DNA of 62,524 nucleotides, the filler included, from an uncultured bacterium (GTDB lineage: Bacteria > Latescibacterota > UBA2968), in NCBI GenBank assembly GCA_964471275.1. It is 19 parts of 19 records of this genome, joined end to end, with 100 filler letters (N's around TTAATTAATTAA, not from the genome) between each part and the next. Parts side by side here need not be neighbours in the genome. Positions count along the whole stretch, not along the records: positions 10,631 to 14,016 come from CAYYGZ010000342.1; positions 14,117 to 17,483 come from CAYYGZ010000343.1; positions 17,584 to 20,884 come from CAYYGZ010000344.1; 16 more parts are not named here. The stretch is one strand, 5' to 3'. Of this stretch, positions 10,631 to 20,038 are shown one piece after another. The notes under the pieces were generated by a model. That model saw only the letters and a program-made list of their open reading frames with translations. It was not told the DNA's origin and searched no databases. Position numbers and translations under genes: made by a program. The first letter of the stretch is position 1, and each line of letters opens with the position of its first letter.

Positions 10631-11514
10631 GTGCAGTCGACATCGCCCTCTGGGATATCAAGGGCAAACACTATGGAGCGCCCGTCTGGGATCTGCTCGG
10701 CGGAAGATGCCGGGACAGGATTCGGCTTCATCTGCTGATTGACGGGGACTCACCGGAGGCGCTCGCAAAGAGCATCACGACAGCCCGATCCACTGGTTTC
10801 ACCGCGGTCAAATTCGATCCCCTGACAGCGGGCTATGCAGATTGGACGCAGGACAGGCTTGTGCGCCATACGATAGAGATGTGTCAGGCTGCACGCGATG
10901 CGGGCGGCAGTGAAACCGACCTGATCGTCGAGGTCCATCGCAAGCTCCCGCCGATGACCTCCCTCGCGCTGGCTGAAGCCCTGAAGCCTTTCAACCTGCT
11001 CTTTCTGGAGGACCCCATCCAGATCGACAGCATCGAGAGCCAGGCCACCATTGCGAGCCAGACGGCTGTTCCCATCGGGAATGGGGAACGACTCACCTCG
11101 ATCTGGGAATTTCGCGAACTGCTTCAGCACGGTGGGCCGCAGTACGTTCGCCCGGACCTGGGTACTGCCGGTGGTCTCACCCACTGCAAGAAGATCGCTG
11201 CGATAGCAGAGTCCCACCATTGTGCGGTCGTTACCCACAACTTCCTGGGACCGCTGATCACCATGGCCTCGATTCACCTTGATGTATCGATCCCCAACAT
11301 CGTGACACAGGAGTACACGCTTGATGACGAATCGGCAATCAACGCCGTCTACCAGGTCACCACAAAACGGGAGGGCGGATTCATGCCGGTGCCAGACAAC
11401 CCCGGACTTGGCGTCCAACTTGACGATACCATGCTGACCGATCTCCCATTCAGGCCGTTCCGCGAAGAGCGCCCTCCGCTGCGCGAAGACGGTTCCGTCG
11501 CCTACTCGGTGTAG
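10631..11514 (+). CDS. Mandelate racemase/galactonate dehydratase-like enolase-superfamily enzyme (5' truncated)
   Basis: AVDIALWDIKGK, KFDP, VEVH, FLEDP, GNGER, HN. Confidence 0.9.
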
Positions 11515-11521
11515 AGCTACT

Positions 11522-12652
11522 GTGGACAAGCGAGACGACTCTCAGGTACCCGGTATCATCCTCACCCACTCACCGGCGGTCTCAGGTGTGTATATCGGCA
11601 GCCCGAGTATCTGTGTACTCGGGGACGGTACATACCTCGCCTCACACGATTTCTTCGGCCCCGGAACCGACTACGACCGGGGCGCAGTATACCGTTCGGA
11701 GGATCGCGGTAAGTCTTGGTCACACGTGACCGACATAATTGGCCAATGGTGGTCTACTCTCTTCCTGCATCGCGGCACCCTCTACACGATCGGCACCACC
11801 CGGGAGTATGGCTACGTTGTCATCCGACGCTCCTCGGACGGCGGACAGACATGGACCGAGCCAACAGATCGTTCCTCCGGCATACTTTCCGCTACAGATC
11901 GTTTCCATTGCGCCCCCGTACCGGTCGTCGAACATCGGGGACGCCTCTGGCGCGGCTATGAGCTTGCCTACGGAAAACGTCCGCATTGGCCTGTCACCGT
12001 CTGCTCTGCCCCCGTCGACGCGGATCTGCTCTCGGCCGACAGCTGGACGTGGGCAGGCCCCTACCACCATCTCTGGTCCGCGGGCCAGTGGATCGAAGGC
12101 AATGTCGTTATTACTCCAGATGGGTCTCTGGTCGACATCCTCAGGGCCAACGTCGGCTCGAGTGCGGGCGTGAGCGAAGAGGCCCGACGGGAACACGCCG
12201 CCATTCTCCACATCTCAAACGATGGCACCCGCCTCACCCACAACCGTGATTGTGACCTGATCGACTTCCCGGGGGGTGGGGTCAAATTCACGATCCGCTA
12301 CGACGAGACTTCCGGTAGATACTGGTCACTCGGCAGCAAGCAGACGAATCCCCCAGCAAAACGAAACACCCTTGCCATGACCTCATCCCCCGACCTCTAC
12401 AATTGGACAATCGAATCCTCCCTTCTCCACCATGAAGATCCGGAGAAGCATGCATTTCAGTACGTGGATTGGCTGATAGAGGGGAATGATATCCTGGTAC
12501 TGTCACGAACGGCATATGAGGACGGTCTGGGAGGCGCACACAACCAGCACGACGCGAATTATCTGACGTTTCATCGTGTAACAGATTTTCGCAGGCGAGA
12601 TTCCAGGTCTCCGTTGCTGAATGAGCCAGGGAGTAGTCAGGTGGTGAGATAG
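11522..12652 (+). CDS. Sialidase-like BNR/Asp-box beta-propeller protein
   Basis: YIGSPSI, YRSEDRGKSW and RRSSDGGQTW Asp-boxes, FQYVDW, HDANYLTFHR. Confidence 0.85.
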   Translation: MDKRDDSQVPGIILTHSPAVSGVYIGSPSICVLGDGTYLASHDFFGPGTDYDRGAVYRSEDRGKSWSHVTDIIGQWWSTLFLHRGTLYTIGTTREYGYVVIRRSSDGGQTWTEPTDRSSGILSATDRFHCAPVPVVEHRGRLWRGYELAYGKRPHWPVTVCSAPVDADLLSADSWTWAGPYHHLWSAGQWIEGNVVITPDGSLVDILRANVGSSAGVSEEARREHAAILHISNDGTRLTHNRDCDLIDFPGGGVKFTIRYDETSGRYWSLGSKQTNPPAKRNTLAMTSSPDLYNWTIESSLLHHEDPEKHAFQYVDWLIEGNDILVLSRTAYEDGLGGAHNQHDANYLTFHRVTDFRRRDSRSPLLNEPGSSQVVR

Positions 12653-12739
12653 TCAAGCGGGAGAATCAGGAATGGTTTTTGCGCTGTAGAGTCGGGATGT
12701 TCCGATAGGAGTACATACGACCATTCCCGGAGAAGCAGC

Positions 12740-13114
12740 GTGGAAGCAGAGAAAGTACGATCCTACAGAGATTTGCTTGTATGGCAGAAAGGAATGGATC
12801 TTTCAGTCAACTGCTACCGTTTGACGAAACCATTCCCAAAGGCGGAGATATATGGCCTCAGATCGCAAATTCGAAGAGCCGAAATTTCGATTCCGACAAA
12901 CATTGCGGAGGGGTATGGCCGACAGTCTACGGACGACTACATTCGATTCCGCATAGCTCAGGGATCAACCAAAGAACTCGAGACGCTACTCGAATTGAGC
13001 AACAGAGTCGATTACTGCACCGATTCAGAGCGTATTCTCAGACTCAAGATCTGCGACGAGACAGGTCGAATGATCCGATCATTGATCCGTACACTAGAAA
13101 GGCGCCTCAAATAA
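12740..13114 (+). CDS. Four helix bundle protein (23S rRNA IVS protein / TIGR02436-like)
   Basis: SYRDLLVWQKGMDL, FPKAEIYGLRSQIRRA.SIPTNIAEG.GR, IAQGS.KELET. Confidence 0.92.
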   Translation: MEAEKVRSYRDLLVWQKGMDLSVNCYRLTKPFPKAEIYGLRSQIRRAEISIPTNIAEGYGRQSTDDYIRFRIAQGSTKELETLLELSNRVDYCTDSERILRLKICDETGRMIRSLIRTLERRLK

Positions 13115-13118
13115 GCGC

Positions 13119-13154
13119 CTTCCCACTCCCTACTCCCTATCTCACTGCTCCCTG
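13119..13154. repeat. Degenerate heptamer tandem repeat downstream of the four-helix-bundle gene
   Basis: cttccca ctcccta ctcccta t ctcactg ctccctg; partly complementary to 12627-12652. Confidence 0.7.
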
Positions 13155-13156
13155 CC

Positions 13157-13726
13157 TTAATTCATCTTCGCCTTAAACACCGACGCGTTCCCCTGTCCCC
13201 GATCTTCATCTTCGTCGGAAGCAACGACGTGCAGGATCTTCTGTGCTTTCACCTCATCGAGGCTTGGTACTTTCATCAAGAACCGCTCCATCGTCTTTGA
13301 CACGATCTCCTCCTGATCGGCTTTCGGGTTCTCCTCTCGAACCGAGAAGAGCAGGCGATCTGCCAGCCTCAGAAGGCTCTCCTTCGACATCTCGTTGGAC
13401 CCGTTGAAGATCGTGTAGGTCGGGTCTGGGTCCAGAGTTTCTTCTGCCCGTCCAAGGGCAACCAGTAGCGTCCGGGCAGTGGTCACTACATCCTGTAGCT
13501 GGGCCTCGACAATCTCCACATCTTTCTGATGTCGTTTTACGCTCTGCGCACGCTCGGCCACATTGCGGCTCATGATATAGAGTACCTCAGCCAGCCGCTC
13601 TGAGCCTCGCCTTGACAGATACTGGTAGACATTAAAAATCGCCAAACCAGTACACGCCACAGCAAGAATGGTTGTCAGTGCATCCAAAAGCGGTCCTCCT
13701 AGATTGAGGCTGGGAACGGCCGTCAA
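13157..13726 (-). CDS. Hypothetical protein with N-terminal TM helix and helical/coiled-coil region
   Basis: 189-aa ORF; hydrophobic segment LLDALTTILAVACTGLAIFNVY, then charged helical sequence. Confidence 0.6.
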   Translation of the reverse strand: MTAVPSLNLGGPLLDALTTILAVACTGLAIFNVYQYLSRRGSERLAEVLYIMSRNVAERAQSVKRHQKDVEIVEAQLQDVVTTARTLLVALGRAEETLDPDPTYTIFNGSNEMSKESLLRLADRLLFSVREENPKADQEEIVSKTMERFLMKVPSLDEVKAQKILHVVASDEDEDRGQGNASVFKAKMN

Positions 13727-14117
13727 AGGACATTCAACTGGAATAGCCTACCCCAAAGATGCAACGATCGGCCTGCGTCGACAAGTGTCTTAAATCACGG
13801 ACAGACCAGCCTACCTGAGGTTCTGCCTCGAAATCTGTATCGCCTTGTCGGCGAATTACTTGGGATCGAAAGGATTGGGGAGTAGAGACGAGGCCTTTTC
13901 TGCCACAGCGATACCTTCTGGTATTAAGGGTGCACACACACATCCGCTCCCATATAAGGATACCCAATGCTCTTTCGTCAACCCATCATGTCCTGAACTC
14001 CCCGAGTTGCGGCAGTNNNNNNNNNNNNNNNNNNNNNNNNNNNNNNNNNNNNNNNNNNNNTTAATTAATTAANNNNNNNNNNNNNNNNNNNNNNNNNNNN
14101 NNNNNNNNNNNNNNNNT

Positions 14118-14570
14118 CTAACGGCCCTAGAAAAAACCGGGATCTCTCATCGACAGCCGGCGGCTCCGGCGATGCCCCAGACGGGTTCATCATCGGACCT
14201 GGCGGCTATTGAGGCACGCTTAACGGCATTGGAGAACCAGGCAGTCTCCCAACAGCCGGCGGCGTCAAACCAAGCCGGTTCAACTCCGGGTGAGCTGACG
14301 TGCACAAAGCTCACGGTGATGAACAGCGCAGGACAGGCTTCAGTTGTTTTGGACTCTGATTTCAATGGGCGCGGCCATGCAAGATTTAACACAGCAGATG
14401 GGGCCGTCCTGATCGAGATGGGGGAGCAGATATTCGGTACCTATTTATCGATGTATAGTGGTGGGCAAGGCGGGATAACTTTTTATGCAAATGCCGGGGG
14501 GATGAGCAGCAGGGCATTATTTTACAATGGTAACACCAGATCTGTGGAGGAGTTCTACCAGCCGAATTAG
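14118..14570 (+). CDS. Hypothetical protein with repeated LTALE..S.QPAA motif (5' truncated)
   Basis: Frame is open from the contig start: LTALEKTGISHRQPAAP ... IEARLTALENQAVSQQPAAS, then a beta-rich C-terminus. Confidence 0.6.
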   Translation, partial: LTALEKTGISHRQPAAPAMPQTGSSSDLAAIEARLTALENQAVSQQPAASNQAGSTPGELTCTKLTVMNSAGQASVVLDSDFNGRGHARFNTADGAVLIEMGEQIFGTYLSMYSGGQGGITFYANAGGMSSRALFYNGNTRSVEEFYQPN

Positions 14571-14692
14571 CATGTTTGGAGCAAACTCCTTGGGAGAAAA
14601 TACCCCCAGGCTTTACAAGAGCCCTGCATAATCAAGTCGCGCAGTCACAACGTGGTAGATCCGAGTAGTCGGCGGGCTACAGTAGAGGGCAA

Positions 14693-15991
14693 ATGGAGAT
14701 TCTGAACAGTATCCTGATTTCTTCGGTCTGGGCGGGGCATCCGGTTGGGTTTGATCTGCTGGCGCACAAAGGGCGTCAGTTCGTGGTGTTCTACGACCCC
14801 GATCGGAAAATGAGTGTCGGTCAGAGAAACCTGGGAGAGGGCCGATTCGAGCTCGTGCACCTCGAGGGGCGGTGGCTCGAGGATCGGGGCCGGCTTTCGA
14901 CCGATATCGAGTGGGACAGCCACAACTCCGTGACCATGACGATCGATCGAGACGATCACATCCATCTGTGCGGCAACATGCACGTGGATCCGCTGCTCTA
15001 CTTCCGGACGTCAAGACCGCTCGATGTCACGAGCTTTGAACGGGTCGACTACATGATCGGCGAGAACGAGGAACGGTGTACGTATCCGATGTTCATGCCG
15101 GGACCGGAAGGCAAGCTGGTGTTCAGGTATCGGGACGGGATGAGCGGAAACGGAGTGGACTACTACAACGTGTATGACGAGGACACGCGCTCGTGGTCAC
15201 GACTTGTAGATGTTCCGATTCTCGACGGGATGGATCTGATGAATGCGTATGCGCGCCGCCCCGAGCTCGGCCCAGACAATCGTTTCCATATGGTCTGGAT
15301 GTGGCGCGATACCCCCAACTGCGCGACGAACCACGACATCTCTTATGCGACGAGCCAGGATCTCGTGAACTGGTCCGCCGGTGATGGATCGCCGCTTCCT
15401 CTGTCGATTACTGTTGAAGCATCGGCTTCGATAATAGACCCCGTACCTCCCGGGGGCGGACTGAGCAACATGTGTGCGGCCCTCGGGTATGACTCGAAGC
15501 ACCGTCCTGTAGTGAGCTACCACAAGAACGATGAGAAAGGGTTCACACAGGCCTACGCGGCTCGGCTGAAGGACGGGGATTGGAAGATTCACAAGCTGTC
15601 CGATTGGGACTACCACTGGGACTTCAGTGGTAATGGGTCGATCGATACTGAGATCATCCTTGGAGGTGTAGAAACCCGAGAGAAAGGGCTCCTCGCCGTG
15701 GCCTGGTGGCACGCCAGAAAGGGGTCAGGTATCTGGAAGATCGACGAGTCGACGCTACAGGTTGTCGGAAGCTACCCCGAGTCGGAGCCCGAGCTGCCCG
15801 CGGAACTGTCGAATGTCAGTTCAGATTTACCGGGTATGAGTGTCCGGACTGCGGCAGGTCGAGGTGACGTGGAGGGAACGTATTTGCTGCGGTGTGAAAC
15901 GCTCGAGAGAAACCGAGATCAGCCACGAGACAAGATTCCGCCACCGAGCGATCTGGTGCTCTACGAGGTCAAGCCGCAGGGACTGGTATAG
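14693..15991 (+). CDS. BNR_4-type repeat protein (putative carbohydrate-active beta-propeller)
   Basis: WDSHN, HLCGNMH, TYPMF, YRDGMSGNG, HMVWMWRDTP..TNHDISYA.S.DL. Confidence 0.8.
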   Translation: MEILNSILISSVWAGHPVGFDLLAHKGRQFVVFYDPDRKMSVGQRNLGEGRFELVHLEGRWLEDRGRLSTDIEWDSHNSVTMTIDRDDHIHLCGNMHVDPLLYFRTSRPLDVTSFERVDYMIGENEERCTYPMFMPGPEGKLVFRYRDGMSGNGVDYYNVYDEDTRSWSRLVDVPILDGMDLMNAYARRPELGPDNRFHMVWMWRDTPNCATNHDISYATSQDLVNWSAGDGSPLPLSITVEASASIIDPVPPGGGLSNMCAALGYDSKHRPVVSYHKNDEKGFTQAYAARLKDGDWKIHKLSDWDYHWDFSGNGSIDTEIILGGVETREKGLLAVAWWHARKGSGIWKIDESTLQVVGSYPESEPELPAELSNVSSDLPGMSVRTAAGRGDVEGTYLLRCETLERNRDQPRDKIPPPSDLVLYEVKPQGLV

Positions 15992-16139
15992 CCGGTTCTA
16001 GTTGATTGCCACGTGGCCCTTTTTCTATATCCCATATCCTAACTCTAGGACTGGGAACATTCTAGGGGGCAGGTCAGTGATCCAAGCACTGAACGCAATC
16101 GACAGAGTGTTTCAAACGTAAGAAAGGGCAGAAGACCTG

Positions 16140-17147
16140 ATGAAACCACGCATCGGAGTAATTCTCGGCGATCCTAATGGTGTCGGGCCGGAAATCTCGG
16201 TTAAGCTGCTTGCCGGTGATGATGTTCGTAGGCGTGCCGAAATCCTCGTAATCGGTGACGAACGGGTCTTCCACATAGCCGAAACGGTTTCTGGAAGCAG
16301 CGTCTCGATCAACATCATCAGCGATATCGCCCATGCCGATTGGGAGGATAGCGCGCTGCCCTTCCTGAATGTCCCGTCGATAGAGCCCGACGAGATCACA
16401 CCAGGCGAGGCCACGGCCGCAGGTGGGAGCTCCAGCCTGAAGGCACTGAGCGTCGCACTGGATCTGGCAAAAACCGGCCGCATTGAAGGCTTCTGCTTTG
16501 CACCACTCAATAAATACGCCTTGAAACTGGGCGGCTGCCCGGTCGCCGACGAGCATATCTTCTTCGCCCGTGAGTTGGATTTCGACGGCCCCTTCTGCGA
16601 GCACAACGTTCTCGACGAATTGTGGACGACCCGCACCACCTCGCATATTCCCCTCGCCGATGTATGCGCTTTAATTACACCCGAACGTATCCTGCGCGCC
16701 ATCCGCCTGGCCCACAACACGTTGGGTTCTGCCGGCTTCGAGAAGCCACGGATTGGCGTCGCCGCGCTGAACCCGCACGCGGGTGATGGCGGAATGTTCG
16801 GCCGCGAGGAGATCGATATCATCGCGCCCACCATCGAGTTGGCCAAGGACGAAGGCATTGATGCTCACGGCCCCTTTGCCGCCGATACGGTTTTCCTGAA
16901 AGCGAGGGACGGAGATTTCGATGCAGTGGTCACGATGTACCACGACCAGGGACAGATCGCGATGAAGCTGATGGGGTTCAAACGCGGCGTCACGGTTTCG
17001 GGTGGCCTCCCCGTTCCCATCACGACACCGGCCAGCGGCACCGCTTTCGATATCGTCGGCCAAGGAATCGCCAACGCGGAAGGCTTGCGTCAGGCGTTCT
17101 TCCTTGTCTGCAAAATGGCCGATGTCCGCCGCACCAGATTGGATTGA
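16140..17147 (+). CDS. pdxA: 4-hydroxythreonine-4-phosphate dehydrogenase PdxA family (possibly PdxA2 type)
   Basis: GDPNGVGPEI, APLNK, TSHIPL, LNPHAGDGG.FG.EE, GPFAADT.F, MYHDQG; ITTPASGTAFDI in place of canonical RTSVDHGTAFDI. Confidence 0.88.
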   Translation: MKPRIGVILGDPNGVGPEISVKLLAGDDVRRRAEILVIGDERVFHIAETVSGSSVSINIISDIAHADWEDSALPFLNVPSIEPDEITPGEATAAGGSSSLKALSVALDLAKTGRIEGFCFAPLNKYALKLGGCPVADEHIFFARELDFDGPFCEHNVLDELWTTRTTSHIPLADVCALITPERILRAIRLAHNTLGSAGFEKPRIGVAALNPHAGDGGMFGREEIDIIAPTIELAKDEGIDAHGPFAADTVFLKARDGDFDAVVTMYHDQGQIAMKLMGFKRGVTVSGGLPVPITTPASGTAFDIVGQGIANAEGLRQAFFLVCKMADVRRTRLD

Positions 17148-17253
17148 AACGACGGATGAGGTGGCTTGCGTAGACCGATGCGCCGATCACCAGTTCGGTC
17201 TGAGGAAGTGGACGGTCAAAACTCCGCCCGAGAAGCAGACGATCAAAGTGGAA

Positions 17254-17400
17254 TCAGAGCGGATAGGAAGAATAAACGGTGTTTTCTCTTTCAACGTGAA
17301 GGGAATCTGGCTCTGTTGTCCCACGTGGTAGATGTTCTGTAATCCAATTTATCTCGGCATCCCAGTTGTTCTACTTTGGATAACCGTGGTATAGATAGAG
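17254..17400 (-). pseudogene. 3' remnant of an unknown gene abutting an IS3 end
   Basis: Minus frame reads LYLYHGYPK*NNWDAEINWITEHLPRGTTEPDSLHVERENTVYSSYPL*; similar to 23408-23458. Confidence 0.45.
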
Positions 17401-17483
17401 TGACCTGTCCCCACTTGTGTGTCCACATCCAGAGTTAGGATGCAGTTGCTGACAACGGTCCTGAGACCGTTTCGGGTGCAGGT
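17401..17483 (-). mobile_element. IS3-family insertion sequence, right end (cut by contig end)
   Basis: Terminal TGACCTGTCCCC... inverted repeat; minus strand encodes transposase tail PAPETVSGPLSATAS*; near-copy at 40702-40784. Confidence 0.85.
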
Positions 17484-17641
17484 NNNNNNNNNNNNNNNNN
17501 NNNNNNNNNNNNNNNNNNNNNNNNNNNTTAATTAATTAANNNNNNNNNNNNNNNNNNNNNNNNNNNNNNNNNNNNNNNNNNNNGTTTGAGGAAACATGCG
17601 ACAGAATTGCTAATTAGTACATCTGTTTACGGGACAATGCA

Positions 17642-18829
17642 CTAGGCTAGTCTTTCGAGAGCTTGCTCGACACGAGTGATCGCCTCTTCAAGCCGATCAT
17701 CGGGGAGCGTATACGAGAACCGGACATATCCGGCGGTGCCAAAGCCGGTCCCGGGAACGGCAGCTACCTTAGCTTCATTCAGAAGATATCTACACAGGGA
17801 CACGTCGTCATCAATATCCGAACTGCCGAGCAATTCCCGGAAGTCGGGGAAAACGTAGAATGCGCCGTCCGGTCTGGGGCATTTGACACCGGGAAGGGCG
17901 TCGAACCGGTCGGCAATCAGATCACGCCTTCGTCTGAAGACATCCCGCATCTCGACGATGCAGTCCTGAGGGCCCTCGAGGGCCTCGATCGCGGCGTGCT
18001 GGGAGATGGTACAGGTGTTCGTGGTCTCCTGGCTCTGGATCTTGGCGATATGTATCATCAGTTCGTGAGGACCCGCACCGTATCCCACGCGCCAGCCCGT
18101 CATGGCGTAGGCCTTCGAGACGCCGTTAACGACGAGTGTCCTTGTCCTGAGCTCCTCGTCCTGCGTCGCGATCGAGTGATGATCCCCTTCGTATATGAAT
18201 TTCTCGTAGATCTCATCCGTGATGACCCAAAGGTTCGAGGCGGCAAGCACGGCGGCTAGCTCTGCCCATCTCGAGGACGAATAGGTCGCCCCTGTCGGGT
18301 TGGAAGGGCTGTTGAAGATGATCAGCTTTGACCGAGGCGTCGTGGCATCGGAAAGCTGATCTGCGGTCAGGTTATAGTTGCTGTCGGGGCCGGTCTGTAT
18401 GATGACCGGGATTCCCCCCATCAATTTGATCTGATCGGCGTAGCTGACGTAGAGCGGCGCGGGCAGGATGGCCTCATCGCCCGGGTTGATCAGGGCCGCG
18501 ATGGCGTCGAAGATAACCTGTTTGGCACCGCACGTTACGACGATCTGGTCGGGTGCGTAAGATAGGCCATTCTCCCGATCGAGCTTACGGCAGACGGCCT
18601 CTTTCAATTCGATCAGACCTGAGGCGGGGGAGGTGTATTTCGTGTATCCGGACCGTATCGCCTCGATCCCGGCGACCTTGATGTTCTCAGGGGTATCGAA
18701 GTCGGGTTCACCTGCGCTCATAGCGATCACATCCTCGCCCTGACGTCGGAGTTCTGCCGCCCGGGTGGTGGTTGAGACCGTGACGGAGGCCTCCATCTCA
18801 AGGACGCGATTGGAAAATGGGCTGGACAT
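17642..18829 (-). CDS. Class I PLP aminotransferase (aspartate aminotransferase-like)
   Basis: AGEPDFDTP, GAKQ, NSPSNPTG, TDEIYE, NGVSKAYAMTGWRVG, GAFYVF. Confidence 0.93.
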   Translation of the reverse strand: MSSPFSNRVLEMEASVTVSTTTRAAELRRQGEDVIAMSAGEPDFDTPENIKVAGIEAIRSGYTKYTSPASGLIELKEAVCRKLDRENGLSYAPDQIVVTCGAKQVIFDAIAALINPGDEAILPAPLYVSYADQIKLMGGIPVIIQTGPDSNYNLTADQLSDATTPRSKLIIFNSPSNPTGATYSSSRWAELAAVLAASNLWVITDEIYEKFIYEGDHHSIATQDEELRTRTLVVNGVSKAYAMTGWRVGYGAGPHELMIHIAKIQSQETTNTCTISQHAAIEALEGPQDCIVEMRDVFRRRRDLIADRFDALPGVKCPRPDGAFYVFPDFRELLGSSDIDDDVSLCRYLLNEAKVAAVPGTGFGTAGYVRFSYTLPDDRLEEAITRVEQALERLA

Positions 18830-18832
18830 GGA

Positions 18833-20026
18833 TCAGGTGGTGTATTCGGCGTTGATCCGAACGTAGTCGTAAGTGAGATCGCAGGTGTAGATGACGCTTT
18901 CGGCGGATCCAGAACGCAGATCGATATCAATGGCGATGTCATCCGCTCCGAGCGCGTCGACGGCCGAATCGTGGTCAAAGGCAAGGCCGGCGCCATCCGC
19001 ATAGATAGGGATGCCGGCCATTGATACTGTCGCGTCTTCCGGGTTGAAGGCGACGCCCGCGTAGCCCATGGCGCAAAGGATGCGTCCCCAGTTCGGGTCT
19101 CGTCCAAAGACAGCCGTCTTGACGAGGTTGGAGTTCGCGACCGAGAGACCGACGGTTCGGCCGGCATCCTCATCCGGTGCACCGGCGACGCGTATGGTGA
19201 TCAGTTTGGTCGCACCCTCGCCGTCACGGGCGACCTGTTTGGCGAGGCTGATGCAGACTTGCTCGAGCGTGGCCGTAAACGTTTCGAGATCGGTACCTGC
19301 AAGCTGACCGGTTTCTGCTGCGTCGTTGGCCATCACCAGGATGGTGTCGTTCGTGCTCATGTCACCGTCGACGGTAACACAGTTGAATGAGCGTCTGGAT
19401 GCTTGCGACAGGGCAGACTTCAGGTCGGCAGGGGACACTCCCGCATCCGTGACGACAAAGCAGAGCATCGTGGCCATGTCCGGGGCGATCATCCCGGAGC
19501 CTTTCGCCATGCCCGCGATGGTCACCGTCTTCCCGCCGATGTCCAACGATGCGGATGCGCGCTTGGGCACGGTGTCCGTGGTCATAATTGCCTCGGAGGC
19601 CTCGTCCCAACCTGACCCCAGCGTTTCGACTGCGGTCAGGATTCCAGACTCGATCGCATCCATCGGGAGCTGAACGCCGATGACACCCGTAGAATTAATG
19701 AGTATGTCTTTGGGGGGGAGGGCAAGGGCATCGGCGACAAGCTTTGCCTCGTGTCGGGCGTTGGCCTGGCCCCTTTCACCCGTGCAGGCATTGGCATTCC
19801 CGCTGTTGACCAGGATGGCCTGCGCTGATCCGCTCGCGAGGTGCTCGCGGTTGAGATGGACGGGTGCGGCCTGTACGAGGTTCGTCGTGAATACGCCGGC
19901 CGCCGATGCCGGGCGATCCGATACGATGAGGGCCATGTCCTTGACGCCGTCAGCCTTGACGCCGCACGCGAGCCCGGTTGCCCGGTAATCCTTGGGGGAC
20001 ATCAGTTTGTCTTCTGGTATCTTCAT
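18833..20026 (-). CDS. argJ: Glutamate N-acetyltransferase / ornithine acetyltransferase ArgJ
   Basis: NSGNANACTG, STGVIG, IMTTDT, KGSGMIAPDMATML (autocleavage Thr), DGEGATK, DPNWGRI, YVRINAEYTT. Confidence 0.97.
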   Translation of the reverse strand: MKIPEDKLMSPKDYRATGLACGVKADGVKDMALIVSDRPASAAGVFTTNLVQAAPVHLNREHLASGSAQAILVNSGNANACTGERGQANARHEAKLVADALALPPKDILINSTGVIGVQLPMDAIESGILTAVETLGSGWDEASEAIMTTDTVPKRASASLDIGGKTVTIAGMAKGSGMIAPDMATMLCFVVTDAGVSPADLKSALSQASRRSFNCVTVDGDMSTNDTILVMANDAAETGQLAGTDLETFTATLEQVCISLAKQVARDGEGATKLITIRVAGAPDEDAGRTVGLSVANSNLVKTAVFGRDPNWGRILCAMGYAGVAFNPEDATVSMAGIPIYADGAGLAFDHDSAVDALGADDIAIDIDLRSGSAESVIYTCDLTYDYVRINAEYTT

Positions 20027-20038
20027 GGGGCCTTCTGC

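Noticed and set aside
12740..13114. Diversity-generating retroelement or 23S rRNA intervening sequence
   Set aside because: The protein family fits, but no reverse transcriptase, TR/VR pair or rRNA sequence is present on the contig.
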